A stretch of 62,917 nucleotides of DNA, the filler included, from Reticulomyxa filosa (Eukaryota > Protista > Foraminifera): the NCBI GenBank assembly GCA_000512085.1. It is 17 parts of 17 records of this genome, joined end to end, with 100 filler letters (N's around TTAATTAATTAA, not from the genome) between each part and the next. Parts side by side here need not be neighbours in the genome. Positions count along the whole stretch, not along the records: positions 48,988 to 52,994 come from ASPP01038023.1; positions 53,095 to 56,116 come from ASPP01008961.1; positions 56,217 to 57,298 come from ASPP01015915.1; positions 57,399 to 59,079 come from ASPP01013102.1; positions 59,180 to 60,922 come from ASPP01003409.1; 12 more parts are not named here. One strand, written 5' to 3'. Shown piece after piece: positions 49,901-61,022 of this stretch (position 1 is the stretch's first letter; each line of letters starts with the position of its first letter). The position numbers were made by a program, and so were the translations under genes. The notes under the pieces are model-generated. The model was given only the letters and a program-made list of their open reading frames with translations, was not told where the DNA came from and ran no database searches.

Positions 49901-51649
49901 TCCATGTTTCTTTCCATTGACATTATTCACCGTTGTTGGGTGTTCCATTATCTACACTACCAGCGGACTTAGCATATCCTAGTTGTTGTAAACATAAAAC
50001 AATAAACAATGGCTTAATTCAAACTGCTTTAAAAGAATGACAAAAGTAGTCAATATTTTTAACTTTAACCTTCTTTCAGAGACATTTTAAATCATCAAAT
50101 CAATCATTTACTTCCAATCTTCATTAATGATAATAGCCACTGTTCTTTTGAATCAAATTGCAATATACCAAAGGTTTAACATCTTCCACCAAATTGACAT
50201 GAAAATCATCCAATTTTATATTTGAAATATCTCCATGCATCTTGGTGTGTCGACATCGGGGACCACATATACATAATCGCAAATACATATGAATAACAAC
50301 GACGGGTATTTGATTAATTATGATGTGACGATTTGAGTGATAGTAGTGTATATTAATCTGGATGTGGTTGTGTGATCATTAGCACATAATGTCCATTGTC
50401 ATTGCGCTTCGCTTCCGTTAATATCATTCATAACAACTAATAATTTTGGTGACACATGTTAACACCTTTTAGGGATTGATTGTGTCAATTCTCTTTATTC
50501 ATACTGTTCACTTGCTTCTCTTGATAAGTTCACCTTGACGATTCATTAGTACTTGTTACATTTCTTGACATGATTCATATGTTTGATCGATAATTTTCTT
50601 CTTCTTCCTCTTTATTTTTCTTTCACTCGAATCCTAAAAGGCCCATGTTCGTATTATTTTAATTAAGACATATCAAAACTGAAAAGCTGATAAAAGTAAT
50701 ATAGACCTTATATAATTGATACTGTTTACTGAAATATTCCATTTATTCAGTACCACTCGCATTTGCATTCACCACGACTATGATAAAGCTGTCCTTCAAT
50801 GAATTGTATCTATTGCGCTGATAGATTTATGAACGTACCACAAAGTAATCCACTTTTGAATTTTAATTCAACATACCAAAAGAAGGCCAGGTCACAATTG
50901 CATATATTCTGTTAATGGATTATGTTCACATCGTCTCGTTATCCTTGATGGTGGCTCATGATATAATTACATTTTAAGATTGGTAATGTAATTGTTGCTT
51001 GTTTCAAATAGCCAATTAATGAGCTTGTGGAGACTATCCCAAATTATTTGTTTTTTGGACATTAATAAATGCAATTACATTCAATCATTTTCCAAAAAAC
51101 TAATAAATTTACTTGACGACATTGATACACGGTTGAATTTCTATAATGTGATATATATGGTCCAAATTTGCTTTTTTTAAACAACACACATTAAAAAAAG
51201 GATATACTACTTAACTTTGTTGATATCCTCGTGCAGGACAACAATTATTTTTCTTTACAATATAAAAAATTAAGATATTTCAATTATTTTTTTCTTTCTT
51301 GTTCTTTTTTTCATAATGTTCTTTTTTCATAATGTTCTTTTTTTTGCTTTTTTTTTCTTTTTCATTATTCATCTTTTTTTTTTTATTACTACATTTTTTC
51401 CCCCCCCTTTTTCTAATTATTATTTCATTTTTTTTACTTCCTTTTTTTTTTATTATACATCCTTTTTTTTTTTATTTTTCCATTTTTTTCATTTTTATTT
51501 TATTATTCCCTTTTTCCCCCTGCCCCCCCACCCCCTTATTACTTTATTTTTTACCAACCCTCCCAAAGAAGTTAACATAAGTCTTTTTTTTTTTGCTGCA
51601 CTTAATACCTATGTGCATACACAAACAAACTTATATTTATATTTTTTAA

Positions 51650-52994
51650 AAAAACAAACAAAAAAGATAGCCATAACTAGACGAGTTGGGACGATCCACA
51701 AATTCCTTTTCCATGGTAAGCACTTCACAATGTTTTTTTGGGGGGAAGGGGAACAAATAAATACAAATACAAATATAGGTTTTTATTGCGGGGGAATTCC
51801 TATTTCATCCAAGACAAACAAACATTTCATAACAAAGGTATATACATAATAAATAAAAAACATATACAAACCTTTTTTTGGCTTTTCGCCAACGGGGTAG
51901 ACTTCGACCCCATAATCATTATTATTTTGTTTGTTTGTGTGTGTGTGAGAGGAGTAACAAATGAAATCTTTGCTTGACGGGGGAACCTATATCATACACA
52001 TAAAACATTTAAATATATGTATACAAAAAAAAGTAAATAGGACAAACCATTTTTCCTCCTTGCGGAGACGGGGGTGGTTGCTACCCCATTTTCTTCTGTT
52101 CATTCCATTGGACTGTTCTATTGCAATCATCAAACAAGACATTGTTATAAATTGGATATAAAATAAAACAAAATATTTTACCTTCGCTTGGCCATTTGCA
52201 ATCTTCGACATTCACAATTATTATCTATACACAAATAACAAACAAAAAAATAAGATCTATTATTGAACAACATCAAAGGAAAAAAACATAACTTGGCAAT
52301 ATCAGTGGCATCTTGACATTTGGATTGACGGTAATTGGGACAATTTAAACTTGATTTGCAGCAATATGTTAATGAATATAATTTGCAACGACTGCCAATT
52401 TGCCCATTGAGTGTGGATGTTGTGTGAAAGGCTAAGTGCCATACAATATCACGCATTTGATAATAGAGTGATGGTTTGCATAGATGAGGATAGGCACTAC
52501 GACCAACTTTTTCGTCGGCTGCGTTGTCGCCTACTTTCCTCATTTGAGCAAACAGCGCCTCTATAACACCAAATGCATGTTTGGGCACTGCTGACTTGCC
52601 GTCACAGTTCGCGCCAGCAACTGCAGCTGGTTGAGCAACCATTCCAAGTATACGTCGCCCTTTCATTTTCCTTTTATCAACGGCACTGCGAAATTGCAAT
52701 ATCTATTTTTTTTATTTATTTGTTTTTTTTTAAACAAAAAGGAAGTAAAAGAACTTAACATTCCAACATTGGACAATGCTTTGAAAATTGTGTCGAAGTT
52801 TTGGACCATTTGGGCTTTGCATAAATGTGTTCTTGAGACTTGGCTGAATGATGCAACGATACTTGGGAAAAAAAAAATTTGCAGTGGCTGCAGGCAGTGT
52901 TGGTGTTTGTTGCTGCGTTGTACGAGAACAATTCACATCCAATTTTCATAATCGATATTTGTTCCATGTTGTTGCACGATTTATTCCATGATTG
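51650..52994 (-). CDS. Hypothetical Cys-containing multi-exon protein (5'-truncated)
   Basis: GC-richer exon-like blocks separated by A/T-homopolymer introns; 173-aa open segment 52178-52699. No family recognised. Confidence 0.4.
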
Positions 52995-53212
52995 NNNNNN
53001 NNNNNNNNNNNNNNNNNNNNNNNNNNNNNNNNNNNNNNTTAATTAATTAANNNNNNNNNNNNNNNNNNNNNNNNNNNNNNNNNNNNNNNNNNNNGAATCA
53101 AGTATCGACTACTTAAAAAAAAAAGAAAAACGTAACGTAAGAGCGCAGAGGGGAAAAAAGCAGAAGGTGGCTAGGGGTCTGTTTTTTTTGTTATTATAAT
53201 TCGTTGGAAAGA

Positions 53213-53932
53213 ATGTTGCCCTTGTATGCGGGTGTGGTGGACATAATATGGCTTGGACTATTGTTAACGATTGCAGGAGTGTTTTATTGGCAATATCATC
53301 ATTCAAATCAAAACTATATAATGAAAGGCCGTGTGCCGTCGCATATGCACACGATCAACTGGCTGTTATGCGGTTCGTTTGTGATGGAATTGGTGGGGAC
53401 GTATATATCGGACAACCTGAAGGCATCAGTGATAGTGATAGGTATAGGCCACGTGAGTATATTTCTAGCGACGGCAGCGTGTGCGTTGCGTATGTATACA
53501 TTGGACCGTCGTTTGGTGTTGGAGCGAAGGAACCTGTCGAAGCGACACAACTACAAAATAATGGAAAAGCGAACAATATCAGGACGAATACTGGACGAGG
53601 CAGGAGGAGAAAAAGCGTCAAGTTCGAATTCGAACTTGAAGCCAGCAATTCAAGCCAATGACAATGACAATAACAATGACAATGACAATGACAATGTCAA
53701 TGCGAGTGCCAATGCTGAAGATGAGCACAAGCTGTCTATTAACATTGTGGAAGCCAACGCATTGAATCAAAGCACAGTAGTGGTAGCAACGCCGTCAGGG
53801 GACGTACACATAACACACGACCTAGACGAAAAGTTGAGTGACCCCCCGAATGAAAAGTTCAACGACGACAACGATAATAAGAATAATAATGATAATAATA
53901 ATAATGATAATAATAATAATGATAATAATAAC

Positions 53933-53992
<60 letters not shown>

Positions 53993-54525
53993 GCTGTCAT
54001 CATTGAGTCACCTCTCGCTGACACGCTTGAACTTCTGTCCACTGAACATCTCACCACTGAAGAAGAGGAACAAGAACAGGAACATACACAAGCGAAACCA
54101 CAACCACAGGTGCAAGGCCAATCAAAACTACAGTTGCAGAATCCTTCTGCTGCTCATGCCGACGCTTCCAACCTTGATTTGCTCAAACGGCCTTCTAATG
54201 AAAGTTTTGATAGCAATACTTTTTTTTTTTTTTTTTCTTGGAAAGACCCCTTTTTTTTTTTCCTATCTCTGTTGTTTGTTTGTCTTGGAAATTCTTATAT
54301 ATACATGTATATATATGCATATATATAGATCCTGGTGAAATGCATCTGGATGAGGTCGAATTTGACGAACAACAAGAAGGGTTCGAATTGTACAATAAAC
54401 AAAAAAAACATGAAAGCATTGGGCCGCTTATTCACGGCGACGACGATTTAATTGGAAACCCCATTCTCTCCGGCGTCGAGCCTGATGAGGGAGTTGGCGA
54501 AGGACTTCAAATTACTGGATTATAA
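53213..54525 (+). CDS. Membrane protein with 3 N-terminal TM helices and a long Asn-rich/acidic tail
   Basis: MLPLYAG..TM1-KGRVP-TM2-TM3-LRMY, a poly-Asn tract, then a last exon DPGEMHLDEVEF..ITGL*. Confidence 0.6.
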
Positions 54526-55792
54526 AAAAACTATCTTTATAAGTTTTTTTTTTCTTCCTCCCCAAAACTCCCCTCCCCCTTTTTTTCTGCTTGTCATTGA
54601 AAGAGACTACGTCTGTATATAAGGTCATTCTTTAAAACATAAAATAATACTTTTGGCATTGCCTCTTTCCGAACTTCTTACTTTTTGCTATTGTTTTCTT
54701 TTTTTACGCTTTTTTTTTAGCTGCGGTCATTGCTCTTATGGGTTTTTGTTTTGTTTTTTTAAGGTCGAAGAGGACAAATAATATATCTGCCAAGAGGTAA
54801 TGGAGACTGTATGTTCAAAATCAATACTTCGCTGCAACTGCGAATATTAATCTGTACGATTGATCTCAAAAATCACGGAGTCATATATTTTTTCCATTAC
54901 CAACCTGCATGCACAACTTTGGCACAAACACTATTCAAGATGCTAGGCCAAAAAAAAATTTATGTAAAAAGATTTTTAAATTTATCGATAAAAAATTATA
55001 CAATTAATAACAAAACAATTCATTTGAAAATATTTTTTGGTAATTTCTTTTTTTAAGCTATTGAAAGATTAAATATTATTTCATGTCATGGTTTTAATTT
55101 ATTTTGCAATTGGATATATTGTTTAATTTAACGAAGAAAATTCTTAGATCTTGACTTAGAAATCTTTGCACTTTTCTTTTGCCAATAACTACAGTGTTCA
55201 AAGGAAGCTGGCACCTTTTTTTAAAAACTTTCCTTTCGCAAACTTTTCTTGTTTTCGCCTTCTTTCATTTTTATCATTCTTCCACTATCTAACTCAGTTT
55301 CGTTTTTTCTTGAAACTTGACACGAAAACCAATTTCCTTTCGTATTACACTTCTGAATTCTCTTACTCTCCACATTTTCGAAATTTTTACATTGTTCAGA
55401 TTTACAAAAAAAACAAATTTGTAATTTTAAAAACCTGGAAATGTTGAAATACTGTATTTTCTTCCTGTTTAAAAAATTTTTTAGAAGATAGACCCATTTT
55501 TTGTTTGTCGTTGAATGTAGCAATGATTTTTGAACTTCCAAAAAAAGTCTGGCTGATTTTGACACGCAATTTTTGTCACTTATCTCAATAGAGAGCCTGG
55601 TGTTCCCATGTGCTTCATTTCACAGTACCTAAGCGGTAATAACAAAGAAATAGTACACCAGAGAAGTACAAAAACTTAAGGGAGCAGTGCTACCGACCAA
55701 TAAGCCTTGTTCAACAACAGTAAAGGGGCTATGAAAAAGTTTTGTGGCAACGGGGGAGGAAAAAACACACAAAAAAAAAACAAACTGTAAAA

Positions 55793-56065
55793 ATGACACA
55801 ATCTTTGAGTACTGTGGCAATATCTGATGATATTGACACCACTATTGCAAATGCTCAAAGCCTGTTGAAAAACACATTGACAATAAACACAAAATTGGCG
55901 TCAAACTCCTCGACGCAAATGCAAAGCATGAGAACGAGCGATCTAAGTATCAAGTCGATGACTCAATTGGCAAGCAAACAAAAGCCCCAAGTCGGAAGTT
56001 ATTTGCAAAGCGTTGCGTCTCAATCAAACTCGGGCACAAAGGTAGCATCTCTGAGCCCCACTTGA
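55793..56065 (+). CDS. Small Ser/Thr/Gln-rich hypothetical protein
   Basis: AAAATG start and a clean 90-codon ORF with GC above the flanks. Confidence 0.35.
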   Translation: MTQSLSTVAISDDIDTTIANAQSLLKNTLTINTKLASNSSTQMQSMRTSDLSIKSMTQLASKQKPQVGSYLQSVASQSNSGTKVASLSPT

Positions 56066-56216
56066 ATAGTATACGACTAAAGAGCACAATGCAATAAAAC
56101 AACACTTTATTATTTTNNNNNNNNNNNNNNNNNNNNNNNNNNNNNNNNNNNNNNNNNNNNTTAATTAATTAANNNNNNNNNNNNNNNNNNNNNNNNNNNN
56201 NNNNNNNNNNNNNNNN

Positions 56217-56921
56217 AAAAAAAAAAAAAAGGTTTAAAAAAAAAATTTGTGAGTAAGCCAAAAGCTAACATACCTCAAAAAGTTTTTCTTTTGGGGGGAC
56301 CTTTGGATACAAGACAACAGGTTCAAAGAGATGGAAATGTTTCAAATGTCGTGCGGTGACCAAACCGTCGCCACCATTGTTTCCGGTACCACACAACACT
56401 AATGCCTTTGGCTTTGCTTTGCTTTTTTCACTTTTGAATGCTTCACCGTATTGCATCACTATTGCATCTGCCACTGCTATTCCGGCCAGTTCCATCAGTT
56501 GATCTACTGAAAACCCGTGCTTCTCATCCATCAAGGTTTGGTCCAATTCTGCCATTTCCTTTCGTCCCAAATACTTGCATCAATCCATGTTTTTTTTTGT
56601 TTTTTTTTTTTGTATATACGTTTTTTTGTTAATTGTGTATATTATACAAATACAATATGCTATCACTTGTGTGTATATATTATATATTTGCTTTTACGCT
56701 TGCTGTCATCTACGCTTTTCTTTTGTCCTTGATCTCTTTGTCTTTTCCCTCTTTTGAGACAAAACTGAAATTTCTGTTAATTTGGAGCTTGAAGACGCTT
56801 GTGCCATTCTACGATTGAATAAAGTTGAGCGTAAAAAATGTTGACCACGGAAACCAAAAGCAAGTCCTAAAGTTTTATTGGATGGAATAGATTTTATTCG
56901 ATATGCGCTCAAGCATGCCAT
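56217..56921 (-). CDS. NAXE: NAD(P)H-hydrate epimerase (YjeF_N / APOA1BP), 3'-truncated
   Basis: AELDQTLM..GFSVDQLMELAGIAVADAI..LVLCGTGNNGGDGLVTARHL; first exon is a presequence-like peptide. Confidence 0.93.
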
Positions 56922-57398
56922 TAATAAGAAAAAAAAAAACTACTTTTCATACTACTTTCAAAAGTTAAAAATTTTTCAAGAATGTATCGTTGTTGAATTT
57001 GAAAGTTGTACAAATTGAATTGTGAAATTTATTATTAAATTAGTCACGGTCGTATTGTTATAATCTTATGAGTGAAGATTGGCAACGCAAATAGGGAGTA
57101 GAGGACCGAAGAAAATTTGGTAAACTGAGAACATGCAAAAGAGAAATTAGAGAAAAACAAAAAAATGAATACATTCACTGAACCCTTTGAAAACTGAATT
57201 TAGTCACACCAGGCCATTTGAAACAATTTGTGGCAGTGGAGAAGAGGAGAAAAAAAAAAAGGTTCAAAAACATACATTTTAAAAATCTCTTTCTCAAANN
57301 NNNNNNNNNNNNNNNNNNNNNNNNNNNNNNNNNNNNNNNNNNTTAATTAATTAANNNNNNNNNNNNNNNNNNNNNNNNNNNNNNNNNNNNNNNNNNNN

Positions 57399-59079
57399 GT
57401 TTCGACCGTTGGGAACCAAGTCAATGATATGAGTGGTATCGAATATTGAAATTGTGGTTGAAAACGACAAAGACAATTCCTATTTTTTTTTTTTTTAAAA
57501 AATAAAAGGAAATCGAATAGCACACAGATATTTCGATCACACAAAACTGAAACGTCGCCCTCGTAATGTTTGACAAACATCAAATTTCTATCAGCACAAA
57601 TTTGCGTGTGTATGGTGTGTTGTTTGATTGGTTGCATTTTTAAAAAAGAAAAGAAAAATAATTGTTTCAACTTGTAAAGCTCAGCGTCGTAGCATGACAA
57701 ATCGTCCACTGGTTATGTGAGCATGTTTTGCACATGGTGTAAAACATAGAAAAAAAAAGTAGAAAACGTAAAATTTAAAAAAAAAAAAATACCATTGACA
57801 GGTAATCCAAACATTGGACGTAAAAAGAACGGCGCAAATGGAATGTCCATAACGATTCCTTCATAAACAGCTCTGGCAATAATCCTCCCCATAAACTCCA
57901 TCAAATGGGGTGTTTCAGGAAGCAACTTGGACGTCGGATTTGGATAGAACAAGCCATCGGGAGTGGTTTTGAACAGTCCGAACGTCTCTTTGAAGGCTTC
58001 TCGTGTGACCACTTCCAAAAACTCTTTGAACACGCCCGACAGATCAATTCCGCTTTCAGACCGGCCAAACTCATCAACAAAGGTGACGCTGATTCTCCGT
58101 CGAAACGCCTGTCCCAGACGATTGACAGCGGCGAAGCCGTCTTCGATGATGCAGTTGCGACGAATGACGATGCGAGTAGGAGGCCCTGCCTCCAAGATCT
58201 TTCGTTGGTGATAGATGTCATTGCGCATCAGAGTGACTCTGAGTTCAAATGGGATGCAAAAGGGGATGGTCCGCAGCACCTTCATGGCCAAGACAGGAGT
58301 GGAGGATTCGAGATTTTGTTCAAACGTCTGTAGTTCCAAGGGGTCCAGCAGCCAGGTTTTTTCCTCGCAATACGATTGTTGCATATTGCGTTCCTGACAC
58401 AGCAGCATAAATCGTCGCATGCTGGACACGAGACTTTTGTCGATGGATGCGCCTTCGTTCCAGAGCGAATGAAAAAACAGTGACTGTGATGCATGACATG
58501 ACACGATATGGTATTGTTATTAATGTAATTATTTTAAGGAAAAAAAAAAAAAATATATATATATATATACATATACCTTGAGGATTTGAATTAAAGATGG
58601 CAATGTACTAATAGTGAATGGACTGATTTGCTGAACAAACTCTTCCTTCTCCATCACAAATAGGTGGTTGTTGTACAACAACAAAAACAAATCCAACAGC
58701 TGATGGACAGAGCTATTAACCCAAAGGGCGTCTTTCCAGATATCAACGTTATTGGAACCACTTGGACTGAGTCCAATTTCATGGACCAACAATTCCCACA
58801 CACACGACACGCAGGGCGTGAAGAATGACAATGTGCTGATATACTCTTTTCGCACGTCGTGCAGCGACGAAAAGGTAATGATCAGCGTGTGCGCGAATTC
58901 CAAAATGGTCCGCGTAATGGGCAGATCAATTGCCTGCGCAATGTGCTTTTGCAAGTCCTTGCCGAGTGGCTCGGTGGCACGATACACATATCGTTGTTGG
59001 TTGATTGTCATCGTTGCATGTTGAAAGATTCGCCAAAACAGTTTTAGCACGATCTTGGAATCGCACAGCTTGTTTACAT
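57399..59079 (-). CDS. HECT-domain E3 ubiquitin ligase (UBE3B/UBE3C/Hul5-like), internal fragment
   Basis: IPFCIPFELRV, IRRNCIIEDGF, ISVTFVDEFGRSESGIDLSGVFKEF, FGLF..LFYPNP, EFMGRIIARAVYEGI..PFAPFF, DDLSCYDAELYK, LMFVKHYEGDV. Confidence 0.93.
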
Positions 59080-59179
59080 NNNNNNNNNNNNNNNNNNNNN
59101 NNNNNNNNNNNNNNNNNNNNNNNTTAATTAATTAANNNNNNNNNNNNNNNNNNNNNNNNNNNNNNNNNNNNNNNNNNNN

Positions 59180-60850
59180 TACCATAAGGCTTCGTTATAA
59201 GAGAGGTTGTTGTTTGGACCAATTTCTGCGTCTTCTTCTTCTGCTTGTTTTCTCAGTCTTTTCTTTACATCAGTTTGAATTGATGCCAACGTTACATTGC
59301 TTCTTTCTTTTTACAATTCATACGTTAATTCTTTATTTTTAAGTTTAGATTCTTTTTCTTTTTTTAAATAGTTTACAGATATTGATGATATTGTATTTTT
59401 TTCAGTTAATTGTATTATTGCATTATAATAACCTCTTAATTCTGTTTCATATTTTGATCTTAGGTTCTTCAATGCTTTTTCGTATTGAATTTGTTCTTTT
59501 TCCATTTTGTTTCGTTGAGTAGATAATTCTTTTGTTAATTCTGTTTTAATTCTTTATTTTGTTCTATTAAATAAGTATTTATTTTTTCTAAATATTGGTT
59601 ATAAGATTCTTTAGTGTTTGATAGATTTAATTGATGTTGTTGTAATGAAACACTTTCATTATTTTATATAGATGAAGGAAGAGGTATCAAAAGATTTGTA
59701 TTGATACTTATTTTCATTGTCTTTTTGTTTATTTTCAATTTTTGTTGATAATTCATTATCATCATCTATTACAAATATTTGTTTTCACTAGTTTTTTTAT
59801 CACTTGTATCAAAGAAGGTGTTATTTCCGTTGTAATGATTTCTTGCGTCTTCGTTAATTTTGTCTTTGATTTGTTTGGCACTTTTTATCACACTAGGAAA
59901 ATTCAAAAGATTGTGTCTTGTATAGATTCAACCTTTTTGTGATCTAATAACAGGTATGTTATATTCTTTCCTAAAGTCGTCGCAAGTATTAGAATTACAA
60001 TTGCAAAGATAATAATGTCCACAACTGCAATAACTAAAACAAGCATTCATCAAACCTTCAGATATATTACTACCTAGTTCAGTTTTCAACATATCTTGAA
60101 TTCCAGTATGTCTTAATCTTTTTTTATGTCTTTTTCCACTTTTTTCTCATTTCTATTTTCTGTTTTACATTTTCTTCTTTGAGTTTTTCAATTTCTTTTA
60201 TTTTCTGATCAAGTTCTAATTCAAAGTGAGTTGGTTGACTTTGATAAAACTCAAAAAAGGGTGATACTTCAATGTCTATCTGTTCTTGTTTTATTTCTTT
60301 CTTTTTCTTCTTGTCCTTGTTCTTCTTGTTCTTTTGTTCTTTTTATTCTGGTTGTTCCTCTTTTTTCAAGTATTTTTTTTAAAATTCTATTATTATTTTT
60401 AAAACTAGCTAATGTTTTTTTGATTTCCTTTATTCTTTTGCAATTTTTCTTCGAAAAATCTTTCATTTTAGCTATATTTGTGCTTTTGTTACATCGAATA
60501 TCGCCAGTTAAGTTGAATGCATCACGAAAACTTTTGCATTCCAAGCTATTGCATGTACAATATGCCGGATGATACATTACAAAATAATTCAATGGCCAAC
60601 CGCATGTGTCCTCCATATAAATATTTATTATCAATTCTATCCCAAAAGCTGTTATCTATATTTTCACTCAGACTGCCAATTATTTCATGGATTGAATTTT
60701 TATGGCATTTTCGACAATCAACGTGTCTCAAAACATAATTACAGCAAACTTTGGGGGTAGTGTGAATACAGTTGCTCATCCAAAATGACACAAAAATCGT
60801 TCTATATTTACAATAAAAAACATATCAAGTCGTCATAATAAGTTGTATAC
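59180..60850 (-). pseudogene. Degraded AT-rich coding region with two Cys-rich modules and a coiled coil
   Basis: CGWP..YCTCNSLECKSFRDAFN and CSCGH..CNCNSNTCDDFRKEYN, broken by frameshifts; K/E-rich coiled coil at 59311-59600. Confidence 0.4.
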
Positions 60851-61022
60851 AGATCATTAAAAACACTTTTCTGTTAATAGATTTTACTGTCAGTAAAAAA
60901 ACTCAGGATTCAGATAATATAANNNNNNNNNNNNNNNNNNNNNNNNNNNNNNNNNNNNNNNNNNNNTTAATTAATTAANNNNNNNNNNNNNNNNNNNNNN
61001 NNNNNNNNNNNNNNNNNNNNNN

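Noticed and set aside
51316-51849. 177-aa Phe-rich ORF as a membrane protein
   Set aside because: Product of a T-rich low-complexity tract with no protein-like pattern.
52178-52699. Papain-like protease (HAFGVIEAL resembling WAFS..ALE)
   Set aside because: No catalytic QxxCGSCW motif; resemblance too weak.
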